Shown: positions 8,269 to 16,587 of the stretch, one piece after another
Layout of the letters: every line of letters starts with the position of its first letter
Numbering within the stretch: the first letter of the stretch is position 1
Assembly (NCBI RefSeq): GCF_000419585.1
Contig: NZ_ATTH01000002.1
Coordinates: forward strand, 95,873 to 127,872
DNA: 32,000 nucleotides
Direction: 5' to 3'
Source of the DNA: Salisaeta longa DSM 21114
GTDB lineage: Bacteria > Bacteroidota > Rhodothermia > Rhodothermales > Salinibacteraceae
Notes under the pieces: model-generated
The model's database searches: none
Told to the model about the DNA's origin: nothing
What the model saw: the letters and a program-made list of their open reading frames with translations, nothing else
Translations under genes and position numbers: made by a program

Positions 8269-8634
8269 CTACGAGCGAAAGGCGGCCGCAAGGTCGTCTG
8301 CCATACTGAACACAAACACGCGCTCGCCGGTCCGTGCGCTGATGTCGGTGTGCAGGCTCACCACCTCGGTGCCGGTGGCCTCGGTGACGAGGGCGCGCAG
8401 GGCGTCGCTAGAGCTTTCGATGAGGCGCGAGCGCATCTGCTTGATGAGGTCGACGCCGCCGTTTTCGTGGCTCAGCTGCTGTTCGGCCGGACTCAAGATG
8501 CCCTGCAGCCGCACCACCACGAGGTCCTCAATGATGAAGGTGCGCGCCTCCTTGGGGCCGCGGCCCAGGTAGTCGCGCTCGAACTTGGTGATGGCCTCGG
8601 TAACGGCCGCTTCGACTTGTCCTTTGGTGGGCAT
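8269..8634 (-). CDS. DUF2294 family protein
   Basis: Track ORF 8269..8742 trimmed to the ATG at 8634. The 121-aa product MPTKGQVEAAVTEAITKFERDYLGRGPKEARTFIIEDLVVVRLQGILSPAEQQL...VVSLHTDISARTGERVFVFSM matches the DUF2294 pattern (GRGP.e.r..i..d.vvvrl.g.Lt.aE, sl..Di....ger...F). Confidence 0.7.
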   Translation of the reverse strand: MPTKGQVEAAVTEAITKFERDYLGRGPKEARTFIIEDLVVVRLQGILSPAEQQLSHENGGVDLIKQMRSRLIESSSDALRALVTEATGTEVVSLHTDISARTGERVFVFSMADDLAAAFRS

Positions 8635-8826
8635 CGGCGGGGAGTAGGCAAACGGGAACGGACAGGCGCACAGGGGCGCATCAAATCTATCCGATGGCCG
8701 CGACGCATGCAACCGCCGCGCGGTGGACATCCGGTGAACCATGCCCTAACGCGCGCCTCACGACGTCGTGTCGTATGCCGCGCACGGCCGCGCAGCCCGT
8801 ACGCATGTCATGATGTATGCGGTGGA

Positions 8827-9231
8827 CTAACGCCGGGCGTCTTGGGGCGTGCGCGTATCCCACGCTTTTATGTAGGGTGCCTCGCGCAGCTCGTCGTACA
8901 GCACAGCGACACGCTTGCCAATGGCCATAAATTGCTGAACCCCGTCTTTCATCACGCGCACTCGGATTCGCCCATCGGCTTCTTTTGGCGCGCGCACCAC
9001 GGCCTTGAAGCGCTTGGCCAGCGTGGTGGTCTCAAACGGCACGGTGAGCTGCGAGGGTTTCTTCGGCGGACTGTCCAGGGCGCTCCAGTCTAGCACCTCA
9101 ACGGTTGTGAGGGCCGCTCCATCCGCAGCGCGTATCTGCACCGTATAGGTCGGAGCGGTTCCTTGCGCATGGCAGAGCGCGGGGGCTATGAATAACAGGA
9201 GTGCGGAGACAACCGAGGGTAAGCGTTTCAT
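8827..9231 (-). CDS. Hypothetical secreted protein
   Basis: Track ORF 8827..9273 trimmed to the ATG at 9231, giving a signal-peptide-like N-terminus MKRLPSVVSALLLFIAPALCHAQ. 134 aa; no family recognised. Confidence 0.5.
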   Translation of the reverse strand: MKRLPSVVSALLLFIAPALCHAQGTAPTYTVQIRAADGAALTTVEVLDWSALDSPPKKPSQLTVPFETTTLAKRFKAVVRAPKEADGRIRVRVMKDGVQQFMAIGKRVAVLYDELREAPYIKAWDTRTPQDARR

Positions 9232-9510
9232 AACGGAGCATGCGTGTAGTGAAACGGAGCGCACGATCGGCACCCGCGCGGCGGCGAAGATAAGGCTATG
9301 CCAACGATCTCAGGACCACGTGTATTGGTCCTTGCAGCCGCCGGCGTAGCGCGAAGGGCAGATGTCGCTTTTTCTGGACATCGCATGGTCGCTGCTGTGC
9401 GGATGCATTTCAGCTCTAAGGTAAGCTGTTCAGATTTAAGACATACGGCAGAAAGAAATCGAATGCAATACTTGTTTGCTTGCTCTTCATGGTTTGCGGG
9501 TTCAATCAGC

Positions 9511-10863
9511 TCAACCCGCAGGCCCGCGCACGTATCGGGCCATGGCCCGGGGCACATCCGTCCACCGCGTGGTGTAGCACGGCGAGCGTTGGTGCTGCGC
9601 CATGGCCCAGGCGCAAGCGTCGGGTTCGCGGACGTGCCCGCGGCCCGTCCGGGCGATGTAGACGGTGCCCCGCCCCATGCGCGCGTTCAGGGCGTCCACG
9701 GCGCGCATCAAGGCGTCTTGGCTGCGTAGTGCAGGCGCTGCGGGGGCGGTGCCGGTTGCATCGGCGGCAAACAGCCCCAACTGCCGCGCGCGCTTCGGGC
9801 GGAGGGCATAGAGCAGCACGCCGCACTTCTTGTAGCCCACCCGTTCGCCGGCAATGGTAGACCGGTAGACGGTGGCCAGCAGGCGGCGGGCGGTGGATAC
9901 AAGTACCGGCGTGTAGCTGGTGGGCTGCGGCAGGGCCTGCGCGGCGCGGTTGCTGTAGTGCGGCGGCGGCCCAAACCGCTTGGTGGTCACAAAAATTTGC
10001 ATTCCGCCGGCGTCCAGCCCTTCGTGGCGCAGCTTCTCGGCGGCGCGCTGGGTGTGGTGGGCCAGCGCCTCGGCCAGGACATCTTGCCTGTACACGCGCT
10101 GTCCAAACGAGCGGCTGCGTATCAGCGTCTTGCGCTGGGGCGCGGGCGGGTCAACGGCGTGGCAGCGCTCGCCCCGCAGCTCCCGCGCGGTGCGCAGCCC
10201 AGTCACGGCCATGTGCTGCCGGATCCACGCGTCGGGAAGCGCCCGAAACGCCGCCGCGTCCGTCACGCCGCGGGCCGACAGGCGCTTGGCATGCGCGCGG
10301 CCAATGCCCCACACGTCGCCGGCGGGCGTGGCGCGCAGCACCTCCGTTAGGGCCGGCTCGGGCGGACACACAAAGACGCCGTCGGTCGCTTTTGCTTTCG
10401 CATTGGCTACCTTCGCGAGGGTCTTCGTCGGGCCGATGCCCACGCGTACCGGAACCCCCACGTGCCGCCGCACGGTCTGCCGCATCCGGCGGGCCACGCG
10501 CCGCAGCCGATCGACCGGTAGCGCGGGCAGCGTCGCAAAGGCTTCGTCGATCGAGTACACCTCCAGGTCCATCACCGCCCGCTCCAGCACCCGCATCACC
10601 CGCTGCGACATGTCGGCATACAGCGGATAGTTGCTCGACAGCACCGCTGCGTCGATGCGATCGAGGGCGGCGCGCCACTGAAACAACGGAGCGCCCATCG
10701 GGATGCCCGCCGCCTTCACTTCCGATGAACGGGCCACGATGCAGCCGTCATTGTTTGAAAGCACCGCCACCGGGCGCCCGCGCAAGGACGGATCGAAGAC
10801 CCGCTCGCACGAGGCGTAAAAGTTTTCGCAGTCGATGAGCGCAATCACGTCTGCAGCAGACAT
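9511..10863 (-). CDS. umuC: Y-family DNA polymerase, UmuC-like (Pol V catalytic subunit)
   Basis: Track ORF 9511..10965 trimmed to the ATG at 10863. MSAADVIALIDCENFYASCERVFDPSLRGRPVAVLSNNDGCIVARS and YSIDEAF are canonical UmuC/ImpB motifs. 450 aa, located 79 nt downstream of the umuD-like gene. Confidence 0.85.
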   Translation of the reverse strand: MSAADVIALIDCENFYASCERVFDPSLRGRPVAVLSNNDGCIVARSSEVKAAGIPMGAPLFQWRAALDRIDAAVLSSNYPLYADMSQRVMRVLERAVMDLEVYSIDEAFATLPALPVDRLRRVARRMRQTVRRHVGVPVRVGIGPTKTLAKVANAKAKATDGVFVCPPEPALTEVLRATPAGDVWGIGRAHAKRLSARGVTDAAAFRALPDAWIRQHMAVTGLRTARELRGERCHAVDPPAPQRKTLIRSRSFGQRVYRQDVLAEALAHHTQRAAEKLRHEGLDAGGMQIFVTTKRFGPPPHYSNRAAQALPQPTSYTPVLVSTARRLLATVYRSTIAGERVGYKKCGVLLYALRPKRARQLGLFAADATGTAPAAPALRSQDALMRAVDALNARMGRGTVYIARTGRGHVREPDACAWAMAQHQRSPCYTTRWTDVPRAMARYVRGPAG

Positions 10864-10942
10864 GCGAGGCACCGGGTACGTGAGACAAACGAATACGTGT
10901 TGGTGAATGCCGCGTCGTAAGCCGCGCGCCGCGATCCGGCCG

Positions 10943-11374
10943 TCAAGACACCGCGTGGATGGCATGCTGCACCACGCCCCACACCATCAGGTCCTGCCCG
11001 TCCGCGATGCGGATGGGCGCGTGATGGGGGCTCTCGGGCACGAGGTACGGCTGCCCGCGCCGCACCTCGTAGCGCTTCACGGTCAGGTCGCCATCCAGCG
11101 CAGCAATGACCACGTCGCCCGCCCGCGGCCGCGGCGCGCGATCAACCACCAGCAGGTCGCCATCGTGGATGCCGGCGCCCGTCATCGAGTCGCCCCGAAC
11201 GCGCACGTAAAACACCGAGGGCCGCCCGCCGGTGAGGTACTCGTTTAGGTCGAGAGCCGTCTCCACGTAGTCGTCGGCCGGGTTGGGGAAGCCGGCGGGA
11301 ACGGTGGACAAAAAGAGCGGATGGGCAAGGCCGTGCAGCCGGAGGGGGCCCGGCGAGGAGGCAAGAAGCGGCAT
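10943..11374 (-). CDS. umuD: UmuD-like S24 peptidase (LexA-type self-cleaving accessory subunit)
   Basis: Track ORF 10943..11434 trimmed to the ATG at 11374 (143 aa). It retains an Ala-Gly cleavage site in VPAGFPNPADDYVE, the Ser nucleophile in RGDSMTGAGI and the Lys in DLTVKRY. It aligns well with E. coli UmuD by eye. Confidence 0.8.
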   Translation of the reverse strand: MPLLASSPGPLRLHGLAHPLFLSTVPAGFPNPADDYVETALDLNEYLTGGRPSVFYVRVRGDSMTGAGIHDGDLLVVDRAPRPRAGDVVIAALDGDLTVKRYEVRRGQPYLVPESPHHAPIRIADGQDLMVWGVVQHAIHAVS

Positions 11375-11437
11375 GAGCGCATGGCGTTTGTGATTGATAG
11401 CAGGCGGTTTCTTAACATACGAACGCCCACACATATT

Positions 11438-11453
11438 TCAAACATGTTTTTGA
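11438..11453. promoter_or_regulatory. Near-palindrome TCAAACATGTTTTTGA (perfect 10-bp core AAACATGTTT at 11440-11449); candidate operator in the umuD / antiporter divergent region
   Basis: Read directly from the sequence. It lies 66-75 nt upstream of the umuD ATG, inside the only AT-rich patch of this intergenic region. It matches no LexA-box consensus that I can recall. Confidence 0.2.
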
Positions 11454-11597
11454 TTTCGTTACGATGCCCGCGCGATCCGCTCGCCACGTGGGAACGATAC
11501 CCGGCGCGTTGCCCAAAGCGCACACCGCCTGGGGAACTGCGCCTCAGGTTGCTCTTTGGAGCGCGCCGGTTCTCCACAGACGAAAGCCCGCACCTCC

Positions 11598-12539
11598 ATG
11601 GCATCAGCTGCCCTGGCACTCATGGCAGGACTCGCATTGCTCACCATCGGCGCGGAAGGCCTGGTGCGCGGCGCGTCGTCGCTCGCCCGGCGCCTGGGCA
11701 TGTCGGCTCTTCTGGTGGGACTTACGGTGGTGGCGTTTGGCACCAGCGCGCCGGAGCTCGTCGTCAGCCTGGGCGCAGCCCTGCGCGGCAGCAGCGCGGT
11801 GGCTCTGGGCAACGTGGTGGGCTCAAACATTGCCAACATCGGCCTCATCCTCGGAACGGCCGCGCTCATCCAGGCCCTCAACGTCAATGCGCAAGTCATT
11901 CGCGTGGAAGTGCCGCTGCTCGTTCTGGTATCGGCGGGCCTGCTGGCGCTGCTCTACGATGGCACCGTCAGCCGCCTCGAAGGCGGACTGCTCGTAGCGG
12001 CGCTGGTGGCGTACCTCGTCTTTAGCATCCGGGCGGCCCGGCGCGAACAGCATCCGGCGGTGGCGGCCGAGTACGAGGAGGGGGTGCCGCCGCAGCGCGC
12101 GTGGGGCCTCGATGCGCTGTACGTGGCCGGCGGACTCGGGCTGTTGGTGGGCGGCGCCAATCTGCTGGTGGGCGGCGCGATTACCATCGCCGGGGCGCTG
12201 GGCGTCAGCGAAGCCGTCATCGGACTTACGGTGGTGGCCGTGGGCACTAGCTTGCCGGAGCTGGCCACGTCCGTGGTGGCGGCCTGGCGCGGCGAGGGCG
12301 ACATCGCCATTGGCAATGCCGTAGGCTCGTGCCTGTTCAACATCCTGTGCATCCTCGGCATCACGGCCCTGGTGCAGCCGCTGTCAACCGCCGATTTGCA
12401 ATGGGCAGACGGCGCGATGCTCGTCGGACTGCCGGTGCTGCTGCTTCCGCTTATGCGCACTGAAGGGCAACTGCGCCGCTGGGAAGGGGGGCCCCTCCTC
12501 GTGATCTACGCCGCGTATGTTGCGTATCTGGTAACCTGA
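11598..12539 (+). CDS. CaCA-family cation/Ca2+ exchanger (YrbG-like Na+/Ca2+ antiporter)
   Basis: Track ORF 11556..12539 trimmed to the ATG at 11598 (MASAALALMAGLALL...). It has the two alpha-repeat signatures GTSAPEL and GTSLPEL, with GNVVGSNIANIGLILG and GNAVGSCLFNILCILG. Confidence 0.85.
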   Translation: MASAALALMAGLALLTIGAEGLVRGASSLARRLGMSALLVGLTVVAFGTSAPELVVSLGAALRGSSAVALGNVVGSNIANIGLILGTAALIQALNVNAQVIRVEVPLLVLVSAGLLALLYDGTVSRLEGGLLVAALVAYLVFSIRAARREQHPAVAAEYEEGVPPQRAWGLDALYVAGGLGLLVGGANLLVGGAITIAGALGVSEAVIGLTVVAVGTSLPELATSVVAAWRGEGDIAIGNAVGSCLFNILCILGITALVQPLSTADLQWADGAMLVGLPVLLLPLMRTEGQLRRWEGGPLLVIYAAYVAYLVT

Positions 12540-12571
12540 CAGGCTGCCAAGTTTATGGATCAAACCCACCG

Positions 12572-12928
12572 ATGGCGACACTCTCCTGCTATGTCCTCGC
12601 CGCCCTCTTTGTGAGCACGGGGTTGTTGCACTTCATCATGCCGCAGACGTTTGTGCGCATCGTGCCGCCGTATCTGCCGCGTCCGCTGCTGCTGGTGTAC
12701 ATCAGCGGTGTTTTTGAGATAGCGGGCGGTGCGGGGTTGCTGGTGTCCACCTGGCGCCCGCTTGCCGGATGGGGCCTCATCCTCCTGCTCATCGCCGTCT
12801 TCCCCGCCAACGTCCACATGGCGCTGCATCCCGCGGCCTTTCGGCCAATTCCTGCGTGGGCGCTCTACCTCCGGTTGCCCTTACAGGTGGTCCTCATCGC
12901 CTGGGTGTACGCGGCCGCCGTGGCGTAG
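12572..12928 (+). CDS. DoxX-like family small membrane protein
   Basis: 118-aa ORF with four hydrophobic segments. The LLHFIMPQTFVRIVPPYLP...ISGVFEIAGGAGLL...FPANVHMAL pattern is typical of DoxX-like proteins. Confidence 0.6.
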   Translation: MATLSCYVLAALFVSTGLLHFIMPQTFVRIVPPYLPRPLLLVYISGVFEIAGGAGLLVSTWRPLAGWGLILLLIAVFPANVHMALHPAAFRPIPAWALYLRLPLQVVLIAWVYAAAVA

Positions 12929-12950
12929 CGGGGCCGGCGGCTACAGGGCA

Positions 12951-13154
12951 TCATTGCCCGCGATTGAGAAAGAACAGGATGGCGTATAGCTCCAAAAGAA
13001 GCGCGAGCACGAGCAGCGGGATGTGCGCGAAGGCACTGTTGAGGACGGCCAGCGGCCCCTGCACGAATAGTTCGAAGAGGCCAACGATGCCGCCAAACAG
13101 GCAGAGCTGGCCCACAAAGGCGGCAATGAACGGTAAGCGCTCAAATAACTCCAT
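12951..13154 (-). CDS. Hypothetical 67-aa two-helix membrane protein
   Basis: This is the tail of track ORF 12951..13808, starting from the ATG at 13154: MELFERLPFIAAFVGQLCLFGGIVGLFELFVQGPLAVLNSAFAHIPLLVLALLLELYAILFFLNRGQ. The rest of the 285-aa track ORF is Arg/Pro/His-rich and antisense to the DUF2459 gene. No homolog recognised. Confidence 0.4.
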   Translation of the reverse strand: MELFERLPFIAAFVGQLCLFGGIVGLFELFVQGPLAVLNSAFAHIPLLVLALLLELYAILFFLNRGQ

Positions 13155-13232
13155 ACGTAAGGGGTGGAAACGGTTCAACAACTGACGGTTTCTTTTTATG
13201 CGTAGCACGACGCGCGCACCGGACACCGGCGT

Positions 13233-13958
13233 ATGAAACCGCTCATGCTCCTCTTCAGAGAACGCTTCTTTACCGTCGGTACGGGCGGCTGCTCGCTGCT
13301 GCGACGCCCGTGGTGGGCCCTGGCGGTGCTGCTTGTGGGGTGCGGATTGCCGGAGCCTGTGCGCACAGAGCGGGCGCCGGCGGACACAAGCCGCGTCACG
13401 ATTACACTGATTCGCCACGGATGGCACGCGGGCCTCGCGGTGCCGCGCGCCGCGCTCGATTCGGTGGCGTGGGTGCAGGACGTGCTTGGGCCCACGGTGC
13501 AGTTTGTGGAAATGGGGTGGGGCGAGGCCCGCTACTACCCGGCGCCCGATCCCGGATGGTGGGCCACGGTGCGTGCGGGCGCCTGGCCGACCGGCAGCGT
13601 GGTGCATCTGGTGCCGGTGACAACCGCGCTCACCGCGCGCTTTCCGCGCCAGCCTATGGTGCGGCTTCGGATCACCGAGCCGAGTCTTGCTGCGTTGCTG
13701 CGCTACCTCCGCGCCTCCGTCGTCGTTCGGAGCACGGGGCGGGCCGTGGGGGCGGCTCCGGGATGGTATCCTACCAGCCAGTTTGTGCGTTCGCCGCTCA
13801 CGTACCACCTATTTCAGAACTGCAACCACTGGGTGGCCGAGGCGCTGGAGGCGGCCGGGTGCTCAACGACGCGCTGGCGGGCGCTTACCGTAGGCGCGGT
13901 GCTTCGGCAGGCGCGCCGGTGCGAAGCCGCAATGCCTTCATCACGCACAGCACAGTAG
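13233..13958 (+). CDS. DUF2459 (TIGR02117-like) family lipoprotein
   Basis: 241-aa ORF with a lipobox-like signal (WWALAVLLVGCG) and the family pattern ITLIRHGWHAGLAVP...VEMGWGEARYY...YHLFQNCNHWVAEALEAAG. Confidence 0.7.
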   Translation: MKPLMLLFRERFFTVGTGGCSLLRRPWWALAVLLVGCGLPEPVRTERAPADTSRVTITLIRHGWHAGLAVPRAALDSVAWVQDVLGPTVQFVEMGWGEARYYPAPDPGWWATVRAGAWPTGSVVHLVPVTTALTARFPRQPMVRLRITEPSLAALLRYLRASVVVRSTGRAVGAAPGWYPTSQFVRSPLTYHLFQNCNHWVAEALEAAGCSTTRWRALTVGAVLRQARRCEAAMPSSRTAQ

Positions 13959-13960
13959 CC

Positions 13961-14836
13961 ATGCACGAAGCCATCGTCATTTGCACGCGCAACCGCCCGG
14001 CGGAACTGCGCATCACGCTTCGCAGCATCCGGCACGCCCTCGGCGCTCATCGCACGCTGTGGGTGATCGATGCGAGCGATGCGGCGCAGGCTAAAGCCAC
14101 GGCGGCTTGCTGCGAGGGTCCATCGATGCACTACCGACGCTATGCAAAGCCGCCCTCGACCGCCGCTCAACGCAACGCCGGCGTCGACGCCCTCCCGCCA
14201 TCGGTCGGCTGTCTGCATTTTGTAGACGACGACGTGACGGTGCGGCCGGGCCTGGCAGATGCGCTGCGTGCGCATCCGTCATGGGGCGGCGTGGGCGGCC
14301 GCGTCGTCGAGGCCCACGCCCACACGCCGGGCGCCACGGCGCTCCGCCGCCTCTTTCTGCTCGACCACCCGCGTCCGGGCCGCGTGCTTGCCTCGGGACA
14401 CACCTCGTATCCGGAACCGGCGCCCCCGGGGCCTACGCCCGTCGAGTGGCTGCCGGGGTGTGCCTGCTCCTACCGGCGCGCCGTTTTTGATGCGTTTCGG
14501 TTCGACGAGCGCCTGCGTGGGTATGCAATGCTGGAAGACCTGGACTTCTCGTTTCGCGTGGGGCAGCTGCATCCGCTGCGGGCGGTGCCAGGGGCCGTGT
14601 TGGAGCATCGGCGCACGCCTACGGCCCGCTTCGACCGCGCGCGCTACACCGAGCGGGCCCTCATCCACCGCTGGTGGTTTGTGCGCAAGCACTTTGCAGC
14701 GTGGGAGCGTTTGGCCTACGCGTGGGCCGCGCTGGGTGAGGGGCTGGCGCTTTGGCGGGCCGGCGACCGGGCGCGCTGCAGGGGCTGGCAGCGCGGGCTA
14801 CGGGCCGTTTGCGCCGGACGTGATCCGTTATTGTAA
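13961..14836 (+). CDS. Family 2 glycosyltransferase
   Basis: This is the in-frame 3' part of track ORF 13310..14836, starting at the ATG at 13961, 2 nt after the DUF2459 stop. MHEAIVICTRNRPAELRITLRSI...VIDASD...RNAGVDA...FVDDDVTV (DxD) is the standard GT2 layout. 291 aa. Confidence 0.8.
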   Translation: MHEAIVICTRNRPAELRITLRSIRHALGAHRTLWVIDASDAAQAKATAACCEGPSMHYRRYAKPPSTAAQRNAGVDALPPSVGCLHFVDDDVTVRPGLADALRAHPSWGGVGGRVVEAHAHTPGATALRRLFLLDHPRPGRVLASGHTSYPEPAPPGPTPVEWLPGCACSYRRAVFDAFRFDERLRGYAMLEDLDFSFRVGQLHPLRAVPGAVLEHRRTPTARFDRARYTERALIHRWWFVRKHFAAWERLAYAWAALGEGLALWRAGDRARCRGWQRGLRAVCAGRDPLL

Positions 14837-14841
14837 AACAA

Positions 14842-15741
14842 TCAAGTAGACGCATCGGGCGATGGTGGAACCGACGACGCAGCATCTGCAGGTGCCGCGT
14901 CGGCCGAGGCGTCGCCTGCGGGATCGGGCGCGCGCCACGGGGTGCGCAGCACGCCTGCAACCGACTGATGCGCCGGGGCATCCCATCCGTCCAGCCCAAA
15001 CCGGATCGCCGACACGTCGGCGCGCATCCGAAAGGTGCGCCCGAGGCGGTCCCACCACGAGAACAGCGCGCTGTAGTTCGAATCCGTTTCGGGCTGCCAG
15101 CGCGAATGGTGGATCTTGTGCATGTTGGGCGTCACGATGACGGCGCGCAGTGCCCGGTCGAGCGCCGGGGGGAGCGCGATGTTGGCGTGATGAAACTGGA
15201 CGACCGCAAACATTAGGGTTTCGTACAGCACCAGCTCCCACAGGTGCACGCCCACCGCCACGATGATGCCGATGCGGAAAAGAGACGACAGCACAATTTC
15301 GCCGGTGTGAAAGCGGCTCGCCGTCGTTACGTCCATCGTGGGGTCGTGGTGATGCACGCGATGGAAGCGCCACAGCACCGGCACCACGTGGTTCAGGCGG
15401 TGCCACAGGTACGTCCACAGATCAAGCAGCAACACAGCGCCCAGGGCATGCACCCAGGGCGTCCATCCCGCCGCGGCGGGCAACGCATGCAGCAGCCCCA
15501 CGTCGTGCTGCTGCGCCCACAGGGCCGCCGCGCCCCACAGCCCCACAAAGCCCACCGAGATGATGACGGCGTTGAGTCCGCCCAGCAACAGGTTCCGCAG
15601 CGCATGTGTGCCGCGGGCGCGGGCATCGCCGCGAAAGAAATCAAACAACGGATGGGCGTGCTCCCACAGCAGCAACACCACCAGTCCGGCCAGCATGGCC
15701 AGCGTCTGGGTTTGCTGAAGGGCACCGAGTAGGGCCGCCAT
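14842..15741 (-). CDS. Fatty acid hydroxylase / sterol desaturase superfamily membrane enzyme
   Basis: 299-aa ORF with the three His boxes WHRLNH, HRVHHHD and NMHKIHH. It is convergent with the GT2 gene with only 5 nt between the stops. Confidence 0.85.
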   Translation of the reverse strand: MAALLGALQQTQTLAMLAGLVVLLLWEHAHPLFDFFRGDARARGTHALRNLLLGGLNAVIISVGFVGLWGAAALWAQQHDVGLLHALPAAAGWTPWVHALGAVLLLDLWTYLWHRLNHVVPVLWRFHRVHHHDPTMDVTTASRFHTGEIVLSSLFRIGIIVAVGVHLWELVLYETLMFAVVQFHHANIALPPALDRALRAVIVTPNMHKIHHSRWQPETDSNYSALFSWWDRLGRTFRMRADVSAIRFGLDGWDAPAHQSVAGVLRTPWRAPDPAGDASADAAPADAASSVPPSPDAST

Positions 15742-15881
15742 GGTGCTTTTTTATTTGTATGACATGTTATTACATCTGTAGAAATTCGGTGTGAGGGCGT
15801 AGGTTCCGCGGCGCGCGCAAAACAACAACCGCAGACCGCCGGTACGTACGACGCTTCGCCAGTCCGTTCCCTAGTGCTTCT

Positions 15882-16556
15882 GTGCGCGTGTCTCCCGACG
15901 ATTTTGCCGAGCAACAGCCGCTTGCCCAGGCGGCGGCCGCGTGTTACGTAGACGAGGCGGCGGCGTGCACGCGGGCCGCGATCATCGAGCGCAGCGGGCA
16001 GCCGCCCGACGTGTTCGATCGTCACTTCACCCATCCCGAGGAGGCCCTCACGGCCTTCTACAACCTGCTGGTGCCGCAGTATCGCCTCATCACCGCCTCC
16101 ACGGAAGGGTTTGGCGACTTCTCGTTCGAGGAGCGCCTGGCGTCGTTCCACTACATTTTGCTCGATGGATTGGCCGAGCAGCGTGCCTTCGTGCAGGCCA
16201 CCTTCGAGACGGCCGTGCGCACGCGCTCGTCGTTGCGTGCAGACCTTCGCGCGGCCCTCAAGGAGCTGCTCACCAGCGCCGATGTGCCCAACACCAACCG
16301 CCTCATCACGGGCCTGTGGCCGGTGCAGGCGGTCCTCGTTGAGGTGACGATGGCGGTGCTCCGCTTTTGGGTGGCCGACGAGAGCGCCGAGCAGCAAGCC
16401 ACCACCGCGCTCGTCGACAAGCTCGTTGCGTTCATTGCTGAACTCGTGATGTTTGGTGGCGTGCAACGCGGCGTAGACCTCGCCTGGTACCTTGCCCGGG
16501 CCGATCTGCTGGGCCTCAAGCGCTTGCCCGTTGTGGGGCGCTGGTTTGGGTCGTAA
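15882..16556 (+). CDS. TetR/AcrR-like protein with a divergent N-terminal HTH
   Basis: 224-aa ORF with a GTG start; the frame is closed by a TGA at 15792-15794 and has no earlier in-frame start. LAQAAAACYVDEAAACTRAAIIERSGQPPDVFDRHFTHPEEALTAFY lines up with the TetR helix 1-3 pattern (iL.AA..lf...G...t...Ia..aGvs.g.fY.hF.sKeeLl), but the recognition helix is atypical. Confidence 0.45.
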   Translation: MRVSPDDFAEQQPLAQAAAACYVDEAAACTRAAIIERSGQPPDVFDRHFTHPEEALTAFYNLLVPQYRLITASTEGFGDFSFEERLASFHYILLDGLAEQRAFVQATFETAVRTRSSLRADLRAALKELLTSADVPNTNRLITGLWPVQAVLVEVTMAVLRFWVADESAEQQATTALVDKLVAFIAELVMFGGVQRGVDLAWYLARADLLGLKRLPVVGRWFGS

Positions 16557-16587
16557 CACGTGCTCTGCTGGATAATGATGGACCTGC

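Noticed and set aside
8015-8572. Strong Shine-Dalgarno-like GAAGGAGG (8017-8024) on the plus strand at the start of track ORF 8015..8572.
   Set aside because: There is no ATG at a suitable distance. The ORF is antisense to the DUF2294 gene and encodes a basic low-complexity product. The purine run is the complement of the pyrimidine-rich icd leader.
9495-9520. Perfect 8-bp-stem hairpin TGCGGGTT-(10 nt)-AACCCGCA straddling the umuC stop codon.
   Set aside because: There is no U-tract on either strand after the stem and it overlaps coding sequence. It cannot be called a terminator from sequence alone.
11435-11597. The leader of the CaCA antiporter considered as a metal riboswitch (for example yybP-ykoY).
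   Set aside because: I could not find the conserved riboswitch sequence blocks by eye; only generic GC-rich complementarity is present. A covariance-model search (Rfam) would be needed.
13310-13960. The 5' two-thirds of track ORF 13310..14836 (508 aa), and the N-terminal extensions of ORFs 2269..2712, 2636..5128, 4998..6641, 8269..8742, 8827..9273, 9511..10965, 10943..11434, 28002..28922 and 29070..30146.
   Set aside because: The extensions overlap the preceding gene or are Arg/Pro-rich. Internal ATGs give N-termini that match family alignments or signal peptides, so I trimmed the calls to those starts.
15076-15085. GTTCGAATCC, a tRNA T-loop-like decamer.
   Set aside because: It lies inside the well-supported hydroxylase CDS, where it encodes ...ETDSNYSAL... 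on the minus strand. The flanking bases cannot form a T-stem or an acceptor stem. I saw no tRNA in the window.
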